The translations under genes were made by a program, and so were the position numbers. Below, piece by piece: positions 52,124 to 60,765 of a stretch of DNA of 64,000 nucleotides. This DNA comes from a virus (taxonomy: Duplodnaviria > Heunggongvirae > Uroviricota > Caudoviricetes). Within the stretch, counting starts at the first letter, position 1; every line of letters begins with the position of its first letter. The DNA is taken from the IMG/VR virus record IMGVR_UViG_3300043467_001216, one strand, 5' to 3'. The notes beneath the pieces were generated by a model. It did no database searches and was not told the origin of the DNA. It saw only the letters and a list, made by a program, of their open reading frames with translations.

Positions 52124-53167
52124 ATGGCATTACCAAAGAAAAATAATATTAAAAAGAATCTTCCATTAACGGAAGAAAAAACTTTATTACCAAGAAGGTA
52201 TGAATTATTGGAAAAGATTAATAGGGATGGAACTTACCTCCCTAAATCATTATTGCATGCCGATTTAGATAAAGGTTTTTTAGATTTTGTAAAAAATGAA
52301 TTGAAAACTGTTATTGAAGGTAAAACAATCCCAATGGTTGATATTTTAATAACAACACAAAATTGGTCTCAATTTGTTGAAACTTGGGATATCCAAAATC
52401 TCGATAAGAATGTTGAACCTCCATTTATAACTGTTGTTAGAATTCCTGAAGTTAAATTTGGGACTAACCCTTCCACCGTATATAACATTCCAAATAGAAG
52501 ACAATACTTTTATGCTCAAGTTCCAACTTGGGACGGTCAAAGAAATGGTATGGATATTTACAAAATACCTCAACCTGTTCCTGTTGATATACAATATCAA
52601 GTTAAGATTGTGTGTAACAGAATGAGGGAATTAAATAAGTTTAATCAAATTGTATTAGAAAAATTCGCATCAAGACAAGCCTACGCAAATATTAAAGGAC
52701 ATTACATTCCGATTGTAAATATGGGTATAAACGATGAGTCTGTTAATGATTTAGAAAAAAGAAGATACTATGTTCAAAGTTATGACTTTACAATGTTAGG
52801 GTTTTTAATTGATGAGGATGAATTTGAAGTTTCTCCAGCAATAAATCGTTTATTACAAGTTTATGAGGTTGACACTAATAAATCAAGAAAACAAAATAAA
52901 CCAAATACTAATCCTAACAGTACTGAACTAAATGTATTGTTTGTTGTTGGTAACAATACAATAACTCAATTATTTGAGTACAATGTTAATTTAAACTTAG
53001 GTGATATGGTTAACGTAACCACTTTTGAGGTTTATATTAATAACCAATATTATGGAAATGACGTTAGTGAAATTCAAATTAACTATGGTGATATATTGAG
53101 AATTGTTGTAACAAAAAAAGATAACACAATTGATTCGACGATTAAATTTAACAACGAGTTACTTTAA
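52124..53167 (+). CDS. Putative tail terminator/sheath stabiliser (gp15-like)
   Basis: 'PQPVPVDIQYQV' motif; directly upstream of the sheath gene. Confidence 0.55.
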   Translation: MALPKKNNIKKNLPLTEEKTLLPRRYELLEKINRDGTYLPKSLLHADLDKGFLDFVKNELKTVIEGKTIPMVDILITTQNWSQFVETWDIQNLDKNVEPPFITVVRIPEVKFGTNPSTVYNIPNRRQYFYAQVPTWDGQRNGMDIYKIPQPVPVDIQYQVKIVCNRMRELNKFNQIVLEKFASRQAYANIKGHYIPIVNMGINDESVNDLEKRRYYVQSYDFTMLGFLIDEDEFEVSPAINRLLQVYEVDTNKSRKQNKPNTNPNSTELNVLFVVGNNTITQLFEYNVNLNLGDMVNVTTFEVYINNQYYGNDVSEIQINYGDILRIVVTKKDNTIDSTIKFNNELL

Positions 53168-53328
53168 TTTTCACCGTAAATATCCTTTTTATCTTTACAC
53201 TTTTCAACAATTAATTTCTCTAAAAATCGGTATATTTTTATACCTCTTTTATCACAATAGTTTTTCAAAATTTCGTGAACCTCTTCACTAATTTTTAAAT
53301 TTTTTACTTTTTTATTATCTTCAGACAT
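53164..53328 (-). CDS. 54-aa ribbon-helix-helix-like DNA-binding protein (below the ORF-track cutoff)
   Basis: MSEDNKKVKNLKISEEVHEILKNYCDKRGIKIYRFLEKLI..: beta strand plus two helices; own TATTTATA motif at 53363-70. Confidence 0.65.
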   Translation of the reverse strand: MSEDNKKVKNLKISEEVHEILKNYCDKRGIKIYRFLEKLIVEKCKDKKDIYGEN

Positions 53329-53451
53329 AGTATAAAAAAGGAAGAAAATATTCTACCTAAAATATAAATAGTTCAATCAAAGTAAAGTATTTTGGTTTTT
53401 TTCTGAATATTTATGAAATAAATAAATCTTTTTAGAAAAAAACAAAAAATA

Positions 53452-56400
53452 ATGGCAACAAACAGTAAAGTATTCGTTTCGCCAGGTGTTTATACTTCTG
53501 AAGTTGATTTGAGTTTCGTAGCTCAAAGTGTAGGGGTAACTACATTAGGTGTTGTAGGTGAGACTTTGAAAGGTCCCGCTTTTGAACCTATCTTTATCCG
53601 TAACTTTGACGAATTCTCAACATTCTTTGGAGGAACTTCACCTGAGAAATTTGTAAACACTCAAATTCCTAAATATGAAGCAGCATATATTGCTAAATCT
53701 TATTTACAACAATCAAATCAATTGTTCGTAACTAGAATTTTAGGTCTTTCGGGTTATGACGCAGGTCCTTCTTGGTCAATTAAAACGGTTGCGAATGTTG
53801 ACCCAACAACGATAGTACCAATGTGTGAACCGGGTGCACTTCAAACAATTAATTGTGAGTTAGTATGTACTAATTATTTGAATTCAGCATTTACAATGAC
53901 TTTCACAGGTTGTACTAATGGAACATCAAGTATTTCAATTACAAATGTTTCACCATTCCCACCTGAATTAAACGCAAAATTAAATTTACCTTTTGAACAA
54001 TTTAATGGTGATGTTAGTACGTTGATGAGTCAAATTAAGACACAAGTGTTTAATACAATGGTTACACCATCAACATCAGGTAGTTCAATTTATTATTTTG
54101 GTGCTGTCCCTAATGAATATTATACAGGTAACACAAGTAATGGTTATAGTGCAAGAACTGATGTATTTGAAGTTACAAATCTTATTTCAGAAGAAATTGA
54201 TTATACTGATAGATTAAATGATGCTTGGTATTACGCTATGTTCGATAATATCGGTGGTGGTCAATACACAGGTTCATCTTTCTACACTTATGTAACAGGT
54301 TTAACACAAACATCAAGTGCTTCAAACTGTGCATCTTTCTACAATTATAGTGTGAACGGTCACGTAACTACACTTGAAATTAACAACGGAGGTTCAACTT
54401 ATTCAAACGCAACTAACGTTGCAACAACAACAACAGGTAATGGTGTTGGTTTAACAGTTAATATTGGTGTTGATAGTGGTGTAATAACAGGTGCAACTGT
54501 TTATTCTGCTGGTACAGGTTATCAAGTTGGTGATACTGTAACAGTGGCCGGTGGTGATGGAACGGCAATTTTAGATATAGTTGCAATTTCTTCAACAGTT
54601 GGTAACATTAATTACAATACAAAAGAAATATTTGTTTATCTTCCTGATAACTTATTAATTTCACCAACACAAATAGTATCATCATTCAGTGCTTGTACGT
54701 CAAATGTTAAAATAGGTGCGGTAGCACAAGTAAGTGGTGATACTTCAAATGATTTTACAACTTGTTTAACTTATACATTAACATCTGAGGATAATACAGT
54801 AACTAATAATTGGTTAGTATGTGTTACAAATGATGACCCTTGTAATCCAGCATCTACAGGTACAATAGGTAGTATTAACACAGGTACAATTACAAATTGT
54901 TTCACTGGTACAGTTGTTGGTAATTTAGTATATTATGACGGTGAATCGTATAAAGATTATGACGATTTAGTTGTTACAACTTTACGTTCAAGAGGTTTAG
55001 CTAATTATAGTGATGATGATGGTGCGGTTTATGAAGTATCTGGTTTAACTCAAGTAAGTTTAGATATGTCAGGTGTTTATTCAGGTGTAACTAAAAACCC
55101 TTACTTAACATTCTTAGTTAATGCAACAGGTAGAACAGGTACTCAATATTCATTTGAAACTTCATTATCTAATTCTGACGCTAAATACGTTACTAAATTA
55201 TTTGGTATGAGTAACTTTAGTAAAGATAGAACATCAGTTCCATTATTTGTTGAGGAAAGATATCAAGCTTTATTAAATTACGGTTGGAGAAAAGGTTTTA
55301 TTAGAGGTTTAAATCCTAATTTAACGGCTTTACCTAATGCTAGACAAGGTAGTGACCCATCATCAATAGGTTTCTATTTAGAGAAATATCAATCACCTGA
55401 ATCACCTTGGGTTGTTTCAGAATTAAGAGGTAACAAAGTTTACAACTTGTTCAAGTTCACTACAATTTCAGATGGTTACGCAGCTAATATGGAAATTAAA
55501 ATTTCTATTGCGAATATCTCATTTGGTAATGGTACATTTGACGTAATGGTTAGAGATTATTTTGATACCGATTCTGCACCACAAGTTATTGAGAAATTCA
55601 CTAACTGCTCGATGGACCCAAATCAAAATAACTATATCGCGAAAAAAATCGGTACACTTGACGGTGAATACCAATTAAATTCGAGATATGTTATGGTTGA
55701 AGTTAACGAGGAGGCACCAATAGATGCGTTACCTTGTGGTTTCGATGGATATAATACAAGAACATACAACGGAGCACGTTCACCTTTCCCAATTTTCAAA
55801 ACTAAATATGACTTTCCTGGTGAAGTTATCTATAACCCACCATTTGGTTTATCATCAGGTGCTGATGATACTATCAAAACTGCGGGTGATAATGTTAGAA
55901 GAACATATTTAGGTTTTTCAGATACAGTTGGTTACGATATTGATTTTGTTAATTATAAAGGTAAACAATTACCGTTAGATATTTGTACGGCAGTTTCAGG
56001 TAATATTTGGGATACTAAAACAAAAGGTTACCATATGGATAACAGAGCGTCAGCAATTACGATTAATAACACATTCTACGAAAAAGTATTAGACCCACAA
56101 ACTAACAAGTTTGTTATGTCAGCAATCACAAGTGCAACAACTAAGTTCTTTACTGGTAATGCTGAGTTTAGTTCTGACCCATCAAATGAATCTAACCCTT
56201 ACTACAGACTTTACGCACGTAAATTCACATTAGTAGTAGGTGGTGGTTTTGACGGATGGGATATCTATAGAGATTCAAGAACAAATACTGATAGATTTGC
56301 ATTAGGTAGAAATGGTTACTTAAAAGGCTCTTGTCCTTCAGTTAAATACCCTACAGCTACAGGTTGGGGAGCATTTAAACAAATCACTGTTGACGATAAC

Positions 56401-57306
56401 ACTCAAGATTGGGGTAATACTGACTATTACGCTTATTTATTAGGTCAAAGAACTTTTTCTAATCCTGAAGCGGTTAATATTAACGTATTTGCAACTCCTG
56501 GTGTTGACTATATAAACCATTCAGATATCGTTGAGTACGCAATTGATATGATTGAAAATGATAGAGCGGATTCAATCTATATCACAACAACACCTGATAC
56601 TCTAATGTTTACACCAACATTTAGTCCTGATGATTTAATTTACCCTCAAGAGGCGGTAGATAACTTAGAAGGAACCGGTATTGATTCTAACTACACCGCA
56701 ACATACTACCCTTGGGTATTAACGAGAGATAGTGTTAATAATACTCAAATTTATTTACCACCAACTGCTGAGGTAACAAGAAACTTAGCGTTAACAGATA
56801 ACATCGCGTTCCCTTGGTTCGCAGCGGCAGGTTACACAAGAGGTATCGTAAATGCGGTTAAAGCTCGTAAGAAATTGACTCAAGAAGATAGAGATACTCT
56901 TTATAAAGGTAGAATTAACCCAATCGCGACATTCTCTGACGTGGGTACAGTAATTTGGGGTAACAAAACTCTTCAAATTAGAGAATCAGCGTTAGACAGA
57001 ATAAACGTAAGAAGATTGTTATTACAAGCTCGTAAATTGATTTCAGCGGTTTCAGTGAGATTGTTGTTTGAACAAAACGACCAAAAAGTAAGACAAGATT
57101 TCTTAAATGCGGTTAACCCTATCTTAGATTCAATTAGAAGAGACAGAGGTTTATACGATTTCCGAGTTACTGTATCGTCAGACACTGCTGATTTAGATAG
57201 AAATCAAATGACAGGTAAGATTTTCATCAAACCAACTAAATCATTAGAGTTCATTGATATCACATTCTACATTACACCGACAGGAGCATCGTTTGAAAAC
57301 ATATAA
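53452..57306 (+). CDS. gp18: Contractile tail sheath protein with large insertions
   Basis: SPGVYTSEVD N-terminus; PWFAAAGYTRG, INPI, WGNKTL, DRINVRRL, IKPTKSLEFI. Confidence 0.95.
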   Translation: MATNSKVFVSPGVYTSEVDLSFVAQSVGVTTLGVVGETLKGPAFEPIFIRNFDEFSTFFGGTSPEKFVNTQIPKYEAAYIAKSYLQQSNQLFVTRILGLSGYDAGPSWSIKTVANVDPTTIVPMCEPGALQTINCELVCTNYLNSAFTMTFTGCTNGTSSISITNVSPFPPELNAKLNLPFEQFNGDVSTLMSQIKTQVFNTMVTPSTSGSSIYYFGAVPNEYYTGNTSNGYSARTDVFEVTNLISEEIDYTDRLNDAWYYAMFDNIGGGQYTGSSFYTYVTGLTQTSSASNCASFYNYSVNGHVTTLEINNGGSTYSNATNVATTTTGNGVGLTVNIGVDSGVITGATVYSAGTGYQVGDTVTVAGGDGTAILDIVAISSTVGNINYNTKEIFVYLPDNLLISPTQIVSSFSACTSNVKIGAVAQVSGDTSNDFTTCLTYTLTSEDNTVTNNWLVCVTNDDPCNPASTGTIGSINTGTITNCFTGTVVGNLVYYDGESYKDYDDLVVTTLRSRGLANYSDDDGAVYEVSGLTQVSLDMSGVYSGVTKNPYLTFLVNATGRTGTQYSFETSLSNSDAKYVTKLFGMSNFSKDRTSVPLFVEERYQALLNYGWRKGFIRGLNPNLTALPNARQGSDPSSIGFYLEKYQSPESPWVVSELRGNKVYNLFKFTTISDGYAANMEIKISIANISFGNGTFDVMVRDYFDTDSAPQVIEKFTNCSMDPNQNNYIAKKIGTLDGEYQLNSRYVMVEVNEEAPIDALPCGFDGYNTRTYNGARSPFPIFKTKYDFPGEVIYNPPFGLSSGADDTIKTAGDNVRRTYLGFSDTVGYDIDFVNYKGKQLPLDICTAVSGNIWDTKTKGYHMDNRASAITINNTFYEKVLDPQTNKFVMSAITSATTKFFTGNAEFSSDPSNESNPYYRLYARKFTLVVGGGFDGWDIYRDSRTNTDRFALGRNGYLKGSCPSVKYPTATGWGAFKQITVDDNTQDWGNTDYYAYLLGQRTFSNPEAVNINVFATPGVDYINHSDIVEYAIDMIENDRADSIYITTTPDTLMFTPTFSPDDLIYPQEAVDNLEGTGIDSNYTATYYPWVLTRDSVNNTQIYLPPTAEVTRNLALTDNIAFPWFAAAGYTRGIVNAVKARKKLTQEDRDTLYKGRINPIATFSDVGTVIWGNKTLQIRESALDRINVRRLLLQARKLISAVSVRLLFEQNDQKVRQDFLNAVNPILDSIRRDRGLYDFRVTVSSDTADLDRNQMTGKIFIKPTKSLEFIDITFYITPTGASFENI

Positions 57307-57322
57307 CAAACAACTCTATAAT

Positions 57323-57352
57323 AAAAAGGGAGACTAGTTCTCCCTTTTTTTT
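57323..57352 (+). terminator. Rho-independent terminator after the sheath gene
   Basis: aaaaagggaga-ctagt-tctcccttttt with a T-run. Confidence 0.85.
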
Positions 57353-57372
57353 ATAACATAATATTTATAGGT

Positions 57373-58329
57373 ATGAGTAATAGAAATTTAATTAAAAAAA
57401 TATTAAAAGAGGTTGCCGAAGAAAGAAATTTAAGATTATATGCTTTAGATTGGGATGATAATATTTTAGGAATGCCAACTAAAATTTATCTTAAAGATGA
57501 AGAGGGTAACTCTGTTGGTATGCCAACGGACCATTTTGCGGAATATAGACATTTAATAGGTAAAGAACCTTTTGAATATGAAGGGTCAACTATATTAGGT
57601 TTTGATGAAGACCCGTTTAGAGATTTTACACATCCAGAAACGTTTTTAAGGGACACTATTAAAGCGGTTAAAAATAATAGATTTTCCCCAAGTTTTGAGA
57701 AATTCAAAGAAACATTAATTTATGCAAATCCATTTTCAATTATCACGGCAAGAGGTCATAGTCCAAAGGTAATTAAAAAAGGTGTTAAATTATTTATCAA
57801 CATCGCATTAACACCGGAAGAAAAACAAGAAATGATTAGTAACATCAAAGACGTTTTGGACTTCGAAGAAATTGGAGGTTACTATAAAACAGGTGATTTA
57901 GACGATTCTCAATTGATTGACGTGTATTTAGATGAAAAAGGTGATTACTACCCTGTATCATCAAAAGAATTCGGTCAGAGGTTTAAATTGGATTCAAGTA
58001 AAGGAGCGTCTAGTCCGGAACATAATAAGAAATTAGCATTATCAGACTTTTTAGACCAAGTATATTATAAAGTAGGTCGATTAATTGATAGTGGTAAATA
58101 TGGTTCGGTTTCATTAGGATTTTCAGATGACGACATAAGTAATGTTAGGAGTATGGTTCAACACATAGAAGATGAACTTTCAAGAGTTTATCCTGAAATA
58201 CATTTTGTTGTGAAAGATACTTCTGAAGGTGGAATGAAAAAAATAGTTATAACTAGACTTAACAATGAGGCAGACTCTGAGTCTTTACTAGAAAATTATA
58301 TGATTAATAAAATATTAAGCTATTTATAA
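57373..58329 (+). CDS. HAD-superfamily phosphatase-like protein
   Basis: DWDDNI (DxD), ITARG, K, GFSDDD..NV. Confidence 0.75.
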   Translation: MSNRNLIKKILKEVAEERNLRLYALDWDDNILGMPTKIYLKDEEGNSVGMPTDHFAEYRHLIGKEPFEYEGSTILGFDEDPFRDFTHPETFLRDTIKAVKNNRFSPSFEKFKETLIYANPFSIITARGHSPKVIKKGVKLFINIALTPEEKQEMISNIKDVLDFEEIGGYYKTGDLDDSQLIDVYLDEKGDYYPVSSKEFGQRFKLDSSKGASSPEHNKKLALSDFLDQVYYKVGRLIDSGKYGSVSLGFSDDDISNVRSMVQHIEDELSRVYPEIHFVVKDTSEGGMKKIVITRLNNEADSESLLENYMINKILSYL

Positions 58330-58475
58330 TAAATTAATATATTAAAATAATTAACTAGAATATTTATAACTAGATTACTAGAATTATAAAAAAAATAAAA
58401 ATAAAAGTCAATAGAAAAATATTTCAAAGACTATTTATATACAAAAATAAACATAAAAATTAAAAATAAGATAAG

Positions 58476-58964
58476 ATGGCTGATTTATTAATGAAAATGC
58501 CGATACCATATGAACCTAAAAGACAAAACAGGTTTATTTTACGTTTCCCTTCAACATTAGGAATTAACGAATGGTTTGTGGAAAGTACGGCTAGACCTAA
58601 ATTAACTATTGGAGCAACTGAGATTCAATTCTTAAATACTTCAACTTGGGTTGCGGGTCGTTTTAACTGGGGTGATATAAATGTTAAATTTAGAGACCCA
58701 ATCGGACCTTCGGCATCACAAGCGTTAATGGAATGGGTTCGTTTATGTGCGGAATCAGTAACAGGACGTATGGGTTATGCTGCAGGTTATAAGAAAAATA
58801 TCGACTTAGAACTTTTGGACCCAACAGGTGTTGTTGTTGAGAAATGGATTTTAGAAGGTGCTTGGTTATCAAGTGTTGACTTTGGTTCGTTAGGTTATAG
58901 TACTGATGGTATTGCTGAGATTAATGCAACATTGAGACCTGACCGTTGTATATTAGTGTACTAA
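58476..58964 (+). CDS. gp19: Tail tube protein
   Basis: 'EPKRQNRF', 'YKKNIDLELLDPTGVVVEKWILEGAW..FG.L.Y'. Confidence 0.9.
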   Translation: MADLLMKMPIPYEPKRQNRFILRFPSTLGINEWFVESTARPKLTIGATEIQFLNTSTWVAGRFNWGDINVKFRDPIGPSASQALMEWVRLCAESVTGRMGYAAGYKKNIDLELLDPTGVVVEKWILEGAWLSSVDFGSLGYSTDGIAEINATLRPDRCILVY

Positions 58965-58969
58965 TTAAA

Positions 58970-59083
58970 TTATTCAAATATAATTTCAATCCACGTAACT
59001 TGGTTTGCGTGGATTTTTTTGTTATATACTTTATATAAAAAAAAAGTAAATTATATTAAAAAAAAAGATATAATATGGAAATG
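58970..59083 (+). repeat. 114-bp direct repeat, copy 1 (terminator + leader + codons MEM)
   Basis: Ungapped match to 59720..59833, offset 750 bp. Confidence 0.92.
58988..59022 (+). terminator. Terminator after the tail tube gene (duplicated at 59738-59772)
   Basis: aatccacg..cgtggatt stem followed by a T-run. Confidence 0.75.
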
Positions 59084-59701
59084 AGAAACTTACATGATTT
59101 AATCATACGGGACCAATATGATGGTGGTGGACGTTGTGATGACACTAAAGGGATTGTTATTAAAAACCTAATCATTGAAACTAATGCTCAATTATGTGTT
59201 GAAATTGGTGTTTTAAAAGGAGCTTCGTTAATGTACTTTGCAGAAGCATTAGAAATCACTAAAGGTAAAGTAATTGGTATTGACCCATATTCAATGGAAA
59301 CATTATATAATGAAATACCCGATAAAGAAATACAAAAATATACTTATGAGGTTTTATTTAACGAGCAAATTGTATTAGACAATTTGTATAATGGTTTGTC
59401 AAAAGTTATAAGTGAAAATAATTTAGAAAACACAATATCATTGGTTAGAAGTAAATCAGAAGATTACTATACCAATATAGAAAAAGAATCTATTGATATT
59501 CTTCATATTGACGGGAATCACGACGAAGAATTTGTAACTAAAGATATCCAATTTTACTTACCTTTAGTTAAGAAAGGTGGTTATATTATTATGGATGATA
59601 CTACATGGCCGGGAGTAATTAATTCAATTAACAATCATTTAAATAATCAAACAGTTCTAATTAATTCGTATAACGAATATTCGGTTCACAAAAAAATTTA
59701 A
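59075..59701 (+). CDS. Class I SAM methyltransferase (Methyltransf_24-like), inserted 'moron' gene
   Basis: VEIGVLKGAS, GIDPY, HIDGNH, GGYIIMDD. Confidence 0.88.
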   Translation: MEMRNLHDLIIRDQYDGGGRCDDTKGIVIKNLIIETNAQLCVEIGVLKGASLMYFAEALEITKGKVIGIDPYSMETLYNEIPDKEIQKYTYEVLFNEQIVLDNLYNGLSKVISENNLENTISLVRSKSEDYYTNIEKESIDILHIDGNHDEEFVTKDIQFYLPLVKKGGYIIMDDTTWPGVINSINNHLNNQTVLINSYNEYSVHKKI

Positions 59702-59719
59702 AATAATTAATACATTTAG

Positions 59720-59833
59720 TTATTCAAATATAATTTCAATCCACGTAACTTGGTTTGCGTGGATTTTTTTGTTTTATACTTTATATAAAAAGTATGTGAA
59801 TTATATTTAAAAAAAAGACATAATATGGAAATG
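59720..59833 (+). repeat. 114-bp direct repeat, copy 2
   Basis: Matches 58970..59083. Confidence 0.92.
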
Positions 59834-60583
59834 GATGAAAATACTTTAAAGGCAGCGACCGAAGGTTTAACTTTACCACACGACGTTATTAAATTACCAA
59901 CACAAGGTATTTTTTATAAGTCAAAAAAATCATCATTAAAAGTTGGTTATTTGACGGCTAGTGACGAAAACTATTTAATGAGTAATGATAATAAAGAAAA
60001 TATTGTAATTTCATTATTAAGAAATAAAATATATGAACACGATTTAAGACCTGAAGAACTTATTGAAAGTGATGTTGAATCTGTTTTAATATTTTTACGA
60101 AATTCATCTTTCGGACCTGAATATAAACTTAATTTGGTTGACCCTAAAACAAATAAATTGTTTGAGCATACTGAGATTATTGATACTTTGGCTTTAAAAG
60201 AATGTGAATTAAAACCAGATGAAAATGGTACATTTAGTACTGTCTTACCAAAATCAAATGTTGAGGTTAAATTAAGACCGATAACTTTTTATGAATCAGT
60301 TGAGTTGGATAAGTTATCTGAAAAATATCCAAAAGGGGTTACTGCACCAATTATTACACATCGTTTAATGAAAGAGATTGTTTCTATTGAAGGAAACTCT
60401 GACCTTGGAAACATATCTCAATTTGTTACTACACTACCTATTATGGATTCAAAACATATTAGAAAAATATTAAGAGAAAATGTTCCTCAATTGGATTTAA
60501 AAAGACAAGTATACGCCCCGTCAGGAGAATTGGTTACATTTAATGTATCCTTTGGGGTGGACTTTTTTCGCCCTTTCTTCTGA
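59825..60583 (+). CDS. Baseplate hub/tail assembly protein (T4 gp26-like)
   Basis: 'LPTQG.FY..LTASDE..LRNSSFG..LPKS..LPIMDS..DFFRP'; lies between tube and tape measure. Confidence 0.7.
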   Translation: MEMDENTLKAATEGLTLPHDVIKLPTQGIFYKSKKSSLKVGYLTASDENYLMSNDNKENIVISLLRNKIYEHDLRPEELIESDVESVLIFLRNSSFGPEYKLNLVDPKTNKLFEHTEIIDTLALKECELKPDENGTFSTVLPKSNVEVKLRPITFYESVELDKLSEKYPKGVTAPIITHRLMKEIVSIEGNSDLGNISQFVTTLPIMDSKHIRKILRENVPQLDLKRQVYAPSGELVTFNVSFGVDFFRPFF

Positions 60584-60725
60584 TTATGGAAAACATTTAA
60601 TAGAGGAATATTATTTAATGTCAAAAATATTAAGGACACAATATTCCGAATTCCTGAAAATCCCTACTTACATACGAAAATATATCATAGATAGAATAAT
60701 TGAAGATAATACACCAAAGACTTAA
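60543..60725 (+). CDS. gp51-like small tail assembly protein, possibly made as a +1 frameshift extension
   Basis: 'EYYLM..YSEFLKIPTYIRKY'; overlaps the upstream ORF by 41 nt in the +1 frame. Confidence 0.6.
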   Translation: MYPLGWTFFALSSDYGKHLIEEYYLMSKILRTQYSEFLKIPTYIRKYIIDRIIEDNTPKT

Positions 60726-60747
60726 ATTACGTCTTTGGTGTATTTAT
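60708..60747 (+). terminator. 14-bp hairpin overlapping a TATTTAT motif, before the tape measure gene
   Basis: aatacaccaaagac/gtctttggtgtatt. Confidence 0.65.
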
Positions 60748-60765
60748 TTATAAAACATATTAATT

